DNA from: a virus
Taxonomy: Duplodnaviria; Caudoviricetes
DNA length: 47,920 nt
Virus record (IMG/VR): IMGVR_UViG_3300038974_000756
Span: 1-47,920 of that record
Strand: one strand, 5' to 3'
Position numbers and translations under genes: made by a program. The notes beneath the pieces were generated by a model. That model did not search any database, was not told the origin of the DNA, and saw only the letters and a program-made list of their open reading frames with translations. Shown piece by piece: positions 21,734 to 30,317 of the stretch. Position 1 is the first letter of the stretch; the number at the start of each line of letters is the position of its first letter.

Positions 21734-22699
21734 ATGCACAACGTAGAAACAATGTTTTCGGCAAACGGTATTACCCCCTGGCACGGTCTCGGAGAAGTCA
21801 TTCAAGAGGCACCAACATCTCACGATGCTCTGGTTATCGCAGGACTTGACTGGAAGGTTAATAAGCTTCCGCTCGTCGCTCAGACAGACAGCGAGGTTCT
21901 TCCCGTCGATGATTTCTTCGCCAATGTTCGCTCCTCAGATAACAAGGTTCTTGGAGTAGTAGGCGATCGCTATAAGATTGTTCAGAACGAAGATGCTTTC
22001 GCTTTCACTGATCATCTCATTCACAACGACTTCGGAGTCGAGGTCAAATATGAAACTGCAGGTTCACTTGCTGGAGGAAAGCGCGTATGGTTGCTCGCTC
22101 GCCTTCCGATGCGCTCTATCATGGGTGATGACATCGTTCCATATGTAGTGTTTGTCAATAGTCATGATGGAAAGGGTTCTGTTCGCGTTGCTATGACTCC
22201 TACGCGTGTAGTATGCCAAAACACTCTCACTCTTGGGCTTCAGCAAGCAACTCGTACGTGGTCAACCACACACGCTGGTAATCTGGAAGGAAAGCTTGCA
22301 GAGGCTCAGCATACGCTTCAGCTGGCAACTACGTACATGGATGCTCTGGAAGGGGAAGCTGAACGTCTGCAGCAAGTGAAAATCACCGACCGACAGTTTG
22401 AGGAAATGCTTGCTGAAATGTTCCCGTATAACCCGTTTGCTACTGGTGACACCAAGAATCGCCGCAATAGCGATGCACGTCAATTGATTGAAGACATCTA
22501 TCGTGAGAAGCAGGATCTGAAGGCTTTCCGCGGCACCGCTTGGGGCGTGTATAATGCAATTGCTGACTATACTTCTCACTTGGAGCCTGCAAAGAAAGTT
22601 AGCAGCTTTAATCGCTTCCGTGAGAGACGCTTTGCGGGATTTATTGATGGAAGTAATGAGCTTTCATTCGCTGAAAACTACTTGAGGAAGCTAGCATAA
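21734..22699 (+). CDS. DUF932 / TIGR03299-type phage-plasmid protein
   Basis: PWHGLG, AGLDWKV, YKIVQN, ETAGSLAGGKRVW, NSHDG, RVVCQNT, GTAWGVYNA. Confidence 0.9.
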   Translation: MHNVETMFSANGITPWHGLGEVIQEAPTSHDALVIAGLDWKVNKLPLVAQTDSEVLPVDDFFANVRSSDNKVLGVVGDRYKIVQNEDAFAFTDHLIHNDFGVEVKYETAGSLAGGKRVWLLARLPMRSIMGDDIVPYVVFVNSHDGKGSVRVAMTPTRVVCQNTLTLGLQQATRTWSTTHAGNLEGKLAEAQHTLQLATTYMDALEGEAERLQQVKITDRQFEEMLAEMFPYNPFATGDTKNRRNSDARQLIEDIYREKQDLKAFRGTAWGVYNAIADYTSHLEPAKKVSSFNRFRERRFAGFIDGSNELSFAENYLRKLA

Positions 22700-22705
22700 C
22701 AATAG

Positions 22706-22732
22706 ATTGAGGGGGGGATACCCCCCCTCAAT
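22706..22732 (+). terminator. Strong hairpin/terminator
   Basis: ATTGAGGGGGGG-ATA-CCCCCCCTCAAT. Confidence 0.65.
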
Positions 22733-23152
22733 TACTAGTTAATCAAAGAGGAACACATAATGAAATTTCTTGTAGCAGTAATACCATTTGATGTTTATGA
22801 TGACGTATTGTTGTATGACACAGTAGAAGCAGCTAATGAAGGAGAAGTAATGCTTAGATAAGCAAAAAATGGTTTATGGGGGAAGTGGAGTTTCTCGACA
22901 ACGTATCTTGTAGGAAATAAACATGAGTACACGATTTACTAAAGAGTATCGAATTGAAACTGAATTGATGGGGAAGAGAAAAGCTTTTCCTCACAAAGAA
23001 ATGCATCGCCTGTATGACCTACGCAAGGGAGGTCAGCAGGGAGCCACAGTTTATGACGAAGCTCTCCTAGAAAAAATACTATATGCAGATGATTTGGCTG
23101 GTGATATAGATTAATCGATACTTTTCTTATATTATATGTCTAGGAGTAGAAA

Positions 23153-23311
23153 ATGCAATTACACGGAAAGTACGACGACGCAATAGTTCATACAAATGAC
23201 ATTGAGCAAGAAGCAATATCCCAGATCATCAACATGCTTAATCATCCAATATCCGCGGGAAAAAGAGTGAGAATTATGCCTGATGTACATGCTGGAGAGA
23301 GTTGCATCTAA
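23153..23311 (+). pseudogene. rtcB: Orphaned N-terminal fragment of RtcB (52 aa)
   Basis: MQLHGKYDDAIVHTNDIEQEAISQIINMLNHPISAGKRVRIMPDVHAGESCI-stop; own promoter motif and AGGAG; absent from ORF track because it is under 60 aa. Confidence 0.85.
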
Positions 23312-23327
23312 TTAACACTAATTAGAT

Positions 23328-24178
23328 ATGAAAAACTATAAGCGACTGTACGAAGATATTATTAGTAATGCAAAAAAAAAGAAGAAGAAATGGGTATGAG
23401 ATCCAGGAAGACTGGTGCCTACTATGAAAGACACCATATTTTACCTAGATCATTGTTTCCTGAGCACGCTAAAGACAAGGACAATATGGTGTTGTTAACA
23501 GCTGCCGAGCACTTTCGATGTCACGAATATTTAATACATATATACCCAGGCCCTCAAATGAGGTACGCTCTGCATGCTTTTATTTCAAGACCTAATGGCG
23601 ATTATAAGATTACAGAAGAGCGATACGAAGAAATAAAGAAAGATTTTTCAAAAAGGATGAGCAAAAGACTTTTAGGTAAACCCCGATCAAAAGAAATTAC
23701 AAAGAAGATGTTAGCAACAAAAAGAAGAAATGGAACTCTAAGTACATCTTCGAGGCCTGAAGTGAGGGCTAAGATATCAGCCAGCCTGAAAGGGAGAACT
23801 AGTCCTTTTAAGGGGGTGAAAAAACCCGGCTGGAGTAGTAGTACAACGTGGGTAAAAGGAAACACGCCTTGGAATAAAGGGAAATCATGTGAGGTATTAG
23901 CCAAGAAAGGAAAAAGAAACCCAATGTATGGTAAGCATTGGTACACAGATGGTAAAAATAATATATGTGATTATGAGTGTCCAGAGGGGTATCACCCGGG
24001 AGTGACTAGGAATATAAATAAGGAAAAGGAGGAGAAGAGGAGGCAAAAAATCTCGAAATCTTCCAAAGGAAGACACTGGTTTAACAACGGGGTAAAAAAT
24101 AAATTCTGCGCCGAATGCCCTGAAGGTTATGTGCCTGGTTTTTTAACCCCCCGCATATATAACAAAAAGGAAATGTAA
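23328..24178 (+). CDS. HNH homing endonuclease with NUMOD-type repeats; frameshift in A9 run at 23372-23380
   Basis: MKNYKRLYEDIISNAKK in one frame, continuing in -1 frame as EEEMGMRSRKTGAYYERHHILPRSL..NMVLLTAAEHFRCH; PWNKGK, NPMYGK, WFNNG repeats. Confidence 0.8.
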
Positions 24179-24181
24179 ATC

Positions 24182-25384
24182 ATGAATTACGTGAAAATAG
24201 AAGGCAAATATAATATCATAAAAGTGTATGCAACAGAAATTGAAAAAGGGGCTATAAAAGACCTTTCTACTATAGCAAATTCTAGCTCCTTTGAAAACTC
24301 AAAGGTCAGAATAATGCCCGATGTACATCAAGGTGTTATAGCCCCTATAGGTTTTACCTCCACTTTAACAGACAAAGTCGTTCCAGCAATTGTTGGCGTA
24401 GATATCGGATGCGGTGTTTTGTCGTTGCACGTAGATGACGAAGTTGATCTCCAAGCACTTGATGATTATGCTCGTGAACATATACCAACAGGGCATGATA
24501 TTCATCAAGAACCTCAAAGAGCCTATGAGGAATTGCGCCAGAACATTGAAAAAACATGCAAGCGTACAGGGCAGGATCCTAATTATGTGCTGCGTTCGCT
24601 AGGCACCCTTGGTGGGGGAAACCACTTTATTGAATGTGGGAAAAGCGAAAAAAGTGGGTATTGGATTACTGTGCATACAGGTTCACGAAACTTCGGTTTA
24701 AGAATAGCTAAATACCACCAATCAGTTGCTGAGAAAGAGGCTAACAAAGTCTCTGTAGAATCTATCAAGCAAGCATATATGGACGAACTTGGACCTTCTG
24801 GAGTATTTGATGGCGAAGAGCTTGGTCGTCGTATTCGCAACAAGGAAAAAGTAGCTCGTGGATTAGAGTATCTCACCGGCGATAGCTTGCAAGACTACGT
24901 TACAGATATGAAGGTAGCACAAGCGTATGCCTCGTTAAACAGGCGGAATATATTGATGAGCATTATTGATCACTTCGGATTTACAGTAACGAATGCGATC
25001 GAATCGGTGCATAACTACATCGATTTCCGCTATGGTATTATTCGCAAAGGAGCTATTTCCGCCCAAGAAGGAGAGCGTGTTGTTATTCCTCTGAACATGC
25101 GGGATGGACTTATTATCGGAGTAGGAAAAGGTAATGAAGAATGGAATTACTCGGCTCCTCACGGAGCTGGAAGAAAGATGTCTCGCTCGTCTGCTAAGAT
25201 GTCCCTTTCGTTAGATGATTTCCAAGAGCAGATGAAGGGGATTGTATCATCGTCAGTTTGTGCATCAACGTTGGATGAGGCTCCGGGGGCGTACAAAGAT
25301 GCGGATGAAATTTTAGGCTATCTAAAAGACACTGTGGATATTGTAGAGCGAGTAATGCCCCTTTGGAACTTCAAAGCGGTGTAG
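24182..25384 (+). CDS. rtcB: RNA ligase RtcB
   Basis: MPDVH, VGVDIGCG, GTLGGGNHFIE, VHTGSR, HNY, RKGA, SAPHGAGR, DEAPGAYK. Confidence 0.95.
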   Translation: MNYVKIEGKYNIIKVYATEIEKGAIKDLSTIANSSSFENSKVRIMPDVHQGVIAPIGFTSTLTDKVVPAIVGVDIGCGVLSLHVDDEVDLQALDDYAREHIPTGHDIHQEPQRAYEELRQNIEKTCKRTGQDPNYVLRSLGTLGGGNHFIECGKSEKSGYWITVHTGSRNFGLRIAKYHQSVAEKEANKVSVESIKQAYMDELGPSGVFDGEELGRRIRNKEKVARGLEYLTGDSLQDYVTDMKVAQAYASLNRRNILMSIIDHFGFTVTNAIESVHNYIDFRYGIIRKGAISAQEGERVVIPLNMRDGLIIGVGKGNEEWNYSAPHGAGRKMSRSSAKMSLSLDDFQEQMKGIVSSSVCASTLDEAPGAYKDADEILGYLKDTVDIVERVMPLWNFKAV

Positions 25385-25393
25385 GAGAAGAAT

Positions 25394-25705
25394 ATGCATT
25401 GGTTATTGGAAGAGGGGGCTTGGGGGCGTTGGAGAGATGGTATAGACATGCAGGAGACGTGCGGAGCTTGTCCGGAGCAATACGATGTGTATGTAGAAGG
25501 AGAAGAGATCGCTTATATTCGTCTTCGTCATGGCTACTTATCTGTGCGCGTACCTGACCCAGCTGGAGAAGAAATTTTTGGGAAGTGCTTTGGTGGTGAT
25601 AAAGGATGTTTTACCTCTGAAGAGCGGGACTTCTATCTTCCTCTTATTCAATGCGCACTGTTTAATTATTATAGAAAGATAGCTGCAGAGATGCTGCAGC
25701 ACTAA
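25394..25705 (+). CDS. Conserved hypothetical phage protein
   Basis: TCGACPEQYDV...YIRLRHG motif. Confidence 0.65.
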   Translation: MHWLLEEGAWGRWRDGIDMQETCGACPEQYDVYVEGEEIAYIRLRHGYLSVRVPDPAGEEIFGKCFGGDKGCFTSEERDFYLPLIQCALFNYYRKIAAEMLQH

Positions 25706-26071
25706 TTATGGTAAGGAGAATAGTATAATGGACATAGTTAATCAGTTAGCAGATACGATTTCATCGTACGGGTTTATTGATCTTGAGGGGCTTGAAAGAG
25801 TGCGCGAGCATATGAGCACTCCGCCTGCTACATTCTACGGTGCAATACTCCGAGGTATTGCGGATGGAACTATGGAGGTACTATACGGGTCTGATTTTGA
25901 TCAAGATGCCATCGACAATGGGGAGGTTGATGAGGACGAAGTATATATCTCAGTATTGTAGTTCGGAGAAAATATAGTATAGTAAGGAGGATGTAGAGTG
26001 ATCGAACGTAGATTTGAATGATCAACAACTATAGTCCTCCCATGATGCGTAAACATTATAGGAGGTTTAGC

Positions 26072-26629
26072 ATGAAAAGGATTTTGATTTTGGTGATGTC
26101 GTTGGTTTTGCTAGGCGGCATGGTGTTTGCGGCAGCAGAATCTGCCCAAGTGATTATTACTACATCAGTAGGTGAGACTACTGCAAACAGTGGTATTAGG
26201 GTGGTGGAGTCTTATACAGGAATCACTACTACAGAGTTTGATACTGCGTTCTTTTCTGCTAGTAGTGTTCTCCCACTAGCTACTGTGGTAGACACTTCAA
26301 CAACAGCCACTGCTGGTGGATTTGTGGTAATGGTAAGACGACCTACAAGCACTACAGTTACAGTTTCTGTTAGTGGGACACCTATGGCACTTGTTGGTGG
26401 GACAGGGATAGTACCTACTATTCCGTATATGATTTCAGCAACAGAGGATGCTGTCTCTGTTGATTATATTTCTAGTGGCACAGCTCTCATAACAAGCTAT
26501 GAGGCTAATACTGTTGTTGATGGTATTCTTAGAGACGCAAAAGCTTTTACCTACAATATTCCGGTGTCAGCATCTGCCCCTTTAGGAACCTACTCAGCTA
26601 CGGTTACATTCACCATTACAGTGGGTTGA
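26072..26629 (+). CDS. Secreted beta-rich (WxL/fimbrial-like) protein with signal peptide
   Basis: MKRILILVMSLVLLGGMVFA signal peptide; C-terminal GTYSATVTFTITV; AGGAGG before ATG 26072. Confidence 0.65.
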   Translation: MKRILILVMSLVLLGGMVFAAAESAQVIITTSVGETTANSGIRVVESYTGITTTEFDTAFFSASSVLPLATVVDTSTTATAGGFVVMVRRPTSTTVTVSVSGTPMALVGGTGIVPTIPYMISATEDAVSVDYISSGTALITSYEANTVVDGILRDAKAFTYNIPVSASAPLGTYSATVTFTITVG

Positions 26630-26657
26630 CACTGTGGTTGACGATTGAATGATTGGT

Positions 26658-26689
26658 AAGCCAGCTATTTCGGTAGCTGGCTTTTCTTT
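26658..26689 (+). terminator. Rho-independent terminator
   Basis: AAGCCAGCTAT-TTCG-GTAGCTGGCTT then T-rich tail. Confidence 0.85.
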
Positions 26690-26977
26690 GTACTAACTCT
26701 TTACGAGAAAAACAATCGTAACAGCTACCGGGAGGATTTCATATCCCTCAGATATAGGCATGAGAAGGAAATTTTTTAATTTTTTGTCGTTTTAAAAAAG
26801 TTCCACTAATATAAACAGCATGAAAAAGTATATATCGTTTACAGCATTAGACCCACAAGAACCCTCAACATTGTCCAACAAACAAGTATGGCCCGCTTAT
26901 ACTGTCAATAGTGATGCGAAACAGGATGGCTTAATTTCGGAGGGGGAGAACTAACCGCTCCCAACAACCCGGAAGAA

Positions 26978-27005
26978 AGCCTCCTAGCAACTAGGAGGTT
27001 TTTTT
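26978..27005 (+). terminator. Rho-independent terminator
   Basis: AGCCTCCTAG-CAA-CTAGGAGGTT then T-run. Confidence 0.75.
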
Positions 27006-27227
27006 AATGGAGAAATTCTTTGAAGATTTGCAGGAGATGGGGTGGGAAAAAACAAGTGATAATACATATGAGTTTCAAAACCATCGTGTGCGAACACTTA
27101 AAACAGTATACCGCCTAGAGAAACTCGATAAGCAAGGTAATTGGATTGTCGTGGCTAATGCTAAGCCTGAAGCAGCGGTTTGTGTTAATGGGAGAATGAG
27201 AGGATTTGTTGGCAAAACTAAATAAGT

Positions 27228-27773
27228 ATGCCAGAGTTTTGCAAAGGTTACCGACGGGATACTGGGTACGTGAAAAAAGCGCAAAAGCATACACGTAAGA
27301 AAAGCGAACAACCAAAGCGTGTAGGAAAGCCAAACTTTGGTTCAGGACGAGGAAAATGCGGATGGTATAAGGGAATTTCTTGCGATTCTAGTTGGGAGTT
27401 AGCATACGTTATTTGGGCAATAGACCAAGGAATCCCCATACGCCGTAGCGAACGTGTTTTTGAATATACTAAGAAGACAGGGGAGCTAGGACATTATTAT
27501 CCGGATTTCGAAGTAGAAGGAAACTTAGTAGAAGTAAAGGGTCCAAGAGATCCGCACTGGAGAGAAAAGAAAGCGTGCGTTGATGAACCCTTAGAGGTTA
27601 TTGATAAACGCAAAATTAAGTTCTACATTACCTATGTGAAGGATACGTATCATGTAGAAAAAGTAGAAGACATGTATGAGAAAGGATATTGCTTAGCCTG
27701 CGGAATCCCGCTATCACCAAGCAATAAAAGCGGATATTGTAGGCAGCATTCTTGGAAGGGAAGAAAAAAATAA
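27228..27773 (+). CDS. Free-standing PD-(D/E)XK (TnsA-N-like) endonuclease
   Basis: DSSWELAY...YYPDF...LVEVKG; C-terminal CxxC..C..H. Confidence 0.75.
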   Translation: MPEFCKGYRRDTGYVKKAQKHTRKKSEQPKRVGKPNFGSGRGKCGWYKGISCDSSWELAYVIWAIDQGIPIRRSERVFEYTKKTGELGHYYPDFEVEGNLVEVKGPRDPHWREKKACVDEPLEVIDKRKIKFYITYVKDTYHVEKVEDMYEKGYCLACGIPLSPSNKSGYCRQHSWKGRKK

Positions 27774-27974
27774 AAAGTTTTTTAAAAAAGAATATTCTTC
27801 TTATATTATAATTGTAAGGAGGTTGCCTACGACGGTTGCAGAGTTAATTAAATTGTTAGAAGCAATTGAGAATAAAGAAGCTGAAGTAACGTGCTCAGAT
27901 GGCATCTATAGATGGTCAGCGGAAGGAGTCACGTACAAGGAAATTGGGGAAGGAATTGTAGAGATAGGTTGATA

Positions 27975-28047
27975 GGGGCATATACGGTATTTCGACGGAT
28001 TGAAGAAGGCTTCGATCCACACCTGGGTTCGACTCCCAGATGCTCCA
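27975..28047 (+). ncRNA. tmRNA tRNA-like domain only (mini-tmRNA)
   Basis: GGGGCAT/ATGCTCC-A acceptor with G3.U70, tmRNA-type D-loop ACGGTATTTCGAC, 9-bp P2-like helix capped by AAGG, T-arm CTGGG-TTCGACT-CCCAG. Confidence 0.8.
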
Positions 28048-28206
28048 AAAAGTATTTTTTGTTTTTAACTTTGTCGGTTTTATTCTTATATTACTGACAC
28101 GATATTTGACAGTATAGCGCAGGAAAGAGATCAATAGACAGTCTGTCCCCCACTGTGGGAGATGGTGACAAGCAAGAAGAGAGTGCTAGATACGAAGATT
28201 TCAAAA

Positions 28207-28269
28207 GTGAGTAGGGCCCAGCGGCAACAAACGTAGGTTTGTATAACGTTCAATTCGTTACTACTCACA
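28207..28269 (+). ncRNA. Anticodon-less tRNA-like RNA
   Basis: GTGAGTAG/CTACTCAC closing stem, ACAAAC-GTAG-GTTTGT hairpin, T-arm TAACG-TTCAATT-CGTTA. Confidence 0.6.
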
Positions 28270-28276
28270 AACAATC

Positions 28277-28654
28277 TTTGAGGCCGCTTATATAGCGATA
28301 GGCTACAACGCGTAAGAGCGTGACTTTATCTCGTTCAGAGTAATGAGGTCGGGAATATGGTAGTAGAATACTAGTTCTACCTTCTAGTGGATTGTACCGC
28401 AACGTGCACGGCAAGTCGTCCTATAAAGGAGTAAGTGGTGTTAGTACATATAATATTCGTGATGATACAGACAACTTCTCTGATACGGCAACGCTGCATT
28501 AATTAATTCACTGGCGAAAAGCGCAATTAACACTGACAAAGAAACGAAGGGTATGGCGCCTAGTCCCTTCATAGCCTAGGTCATTTATAAGACTGCTGAA
28601 TAGTGAGCATTCTGTTACGTACGTCGTACTGACGGCTCTACTCACTGCCTCAAA
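28277..28654 (+). ncRNA. Large structured ncRNA candidate (GOLLD/ROOL-like)
   Basis: About 375 nt without an ORF, closed by TTTGAGGC/GCCTCAAA, many internal hairpins, adjacent to tRNA genes. Confidence 0.45.
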
Positions 28655-28664
28655 TTTTCTTTTT

Positions 28665-28757
28665 GGAAGGTTGGCTGAGTCTGGATAAAAAGCGCGCCGC
28701 TTGAAACGGTGAGTTCGGGTAGCCCCCGGGCCGTGGGTTCGAATCCTACACCTTCCG
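28665..28757 (+). tRNA. tRNA-Ser(TGA)
   Basis: GGAAGGT/ACCTTCC-G; CGCCG-CTTGAAA-CGGTG; long variable arm; TTCGAAT T-loop. Confidence 0.95.
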
Positions 28758-29100
28758 TACAGGTTTTTATCACTTTCTTCCCAACCAAAGAAAGCGAGGT
28801 TAGATAGTTGATTCCATAAACACTGCCCAGTCATATCCAGGACCAACGATATGCGTATGAGTGATACGTCAAATCCCACTCCGGTCCATGGTGGCGCCAC
28901 CTGCTACGTTCTGTAGCTGAGACCGTTATTTTTATGAATCAACGGTAAGCTTATTCCTTACCTTCCTCTTCCCGTAGAGGAAAAAGCGGGGGTCTAGAGA
29001 GATCTTCCAGAAGAAACCTCCCAGTAGTGAGCTGCGTCAACATCACTCGTAATACGGTGACGAAAGATCCGTCGGCCTTGCGCGCGCAGGGCTGTTATTT

Positions 29101-29174
29101 GGGCCATTAGCTCAGTTGGTAGAGCGCCTGTTTTGCAAGCAGGATGTCGTGGGTTCGACCCCCACATGTGTCCA
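29101..29174 (+). tRNA. tRNA-Ala(TGC) with 1-nt acceptor bulge
   Basis: CCTGT-TTTGCAA-GCAGG; G3.U; acceptor GGGCCAT/ATG(T)GTCC. Confidence 0.85.
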
Positions 29175-29312
29175 CAAGGTTCTGCTGGGATGGTAGAACC
29201 GAAATCCATGACGTCTAAAGCGCTTTCGTGCATGGTGTGCTTTCTGGTCGCTGCAGGAACCAGCGCTTGCTGAGCGTGATCAGCCGGGGGTGATGCATCG
29301 CCCCTATTATTT

Positions 29313-29396
29313 GCCAGTGTCGCATAGAGGACGAGTGCGACGGTCCTGTAAACCGTACCTGAAAGGGCATCGTAGGTTCGAATCCTACCACTGGCT
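29313..29396 (+). tRNA. tRNA-Thr(TGT)-like with C33 and long variable arm (could be scored as Tyr)
   Basis: GCCAGTG/CACTGGC-T; ACGGT-CCTGTAA-ACCGT; CCT-GAAA-GGG variable arm. Confidence 0.75.
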
Positions 29397-29400
29397 TTTT

Positions 29401-29539
29401 GTACTAGTGACTCCGCAAGAACTAGACCATTCTTGCAAGTAGCTTCTGACTAAGTGTTCTGCAGAACGCCTTTGGAGCATCTTGCTACCAAGGGTGAGCC
29501 TTGGATAGCGAGAAAGGGTTCGATTCCCTAGCTAGTACA
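29401..29539 (+). ncRNA. Oversized tRNA-like RNA (139 nt)
   Basis: GTACTAG/CTAGTAC-A acceptor, AGGG-TTCGATT-CCCT T-arm, three enlarged arms, no anticodon loop. Confidence 0.6.
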
Positions 29540-29545
29540 TCTTTC

Positions 29546-29626
29546 GGGGCCATCAGATGGTTCTCACAATAGCGAAAGCCTACAACGGACCGCTGTTGTT
29601 TCTGGGTTCGATTCCCAGTGGTTCCA
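29546..29626 (+). ncRNA. Second tmRNA-TLD-like RNA
   Basis: GGGGCCA/TGGTTCC-A (G3.U), unpaired D region ending GGTTCTC, ACAATAGCG/CGCTGTTGT helix, CTGGG-TTCGATT-CCCAG T-arm. Confidence 0.6.
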
Positions 29627-29743
29627 ATGAGACACAAACAACCACCTGAGCAGTGGGATGGAAACTCATAATTGCATCTACTCAACAGAAATAAAACTGC
29701 GATGCTGAAAGATGGGTGACAGCTTGGAGAGACAGGCAAACTG

Positions 29744-29814
29744 CGGAAAGTGAGAAAATGGTATTCTGCGGCGTTTGGGGCGCTGTCGTGTAGGTTCGAT
29801 TCCTACCTTTCCGA
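29744..29814 (+). tRNA. tRNA-Pro(TGG)
   Basis: CGGAAAG/CTTTCCG-A; CGGCG-TTTGGGG-CGCTG. Confidence 0.9.
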
Positions 29815-30123
29815 AGAATTAGGTACGTGGTAGCTCTGTTTCTGGTGAAACATACGGCAAACGGCTTTTGAATGCACTCTCGCCTCCCGGCAGATCGCGA
29901 CTGCAACAGCTTTTAGCTGGGGAAAGATACGTGAGCCACGAAGCTGTCTAACTCGAGCACGGGCAGTAGAAAACCTAGTTTGGAAGCGAGGCTGCAGACG
30001 TCATAGCAGCAAAGCGGGGTGTCCCAGTAGGCGGGTTAACGCGGGTTCGAATCCCGACTCCTTGCAAAGGTGGTGAGATGCCATCCTCCTAGTCGTAGGA
30101 CGCTTCCTTTATTTTGTAATCAT

Positions 30124-30195
30124 CGCAGAGAGATGGACAAGCGACATAAGTGTCTCATAAGCACTTTGTACCCGAGGCAGTATCGGGCTCTGCTA
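30124..30195 (+). tRNA. tRNA-Met(CAT), initiator-like 1:72 mismatch, non-canonical T-loop
   Basis: CGCAGAG/CTCTGCT-A; AGTGT-CTCATAA-GCACT; CCCGA-GGCAGTA-TCGGG. Confidence 0.75.
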
Positions 30196-30317
30196 GAATG
30201 TTAAGCATCTCGGCTCTTTTGTGTAGGTTAGCTACCCACAGAGCTGTCCTGGATGCTTGCCGACAGTAAGTCCTGTCTAAGAGATGACGTCCTCCGACAG
30301 CAGGCAAACGGTTTTGA

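Noticed and set aside
23311-24181. Group I intron or intein in rtcB
   Set aside because: The HNH gene fills the interval, the upstream fragment ends in a stop, and downstream rtcB has its own complete N-terminus.
30066-30110. HDV-like (theta) ribozyme after a tRNA-like element
   Set aside because: Only two simple hairpins; could not build the nested double pseudoknot.
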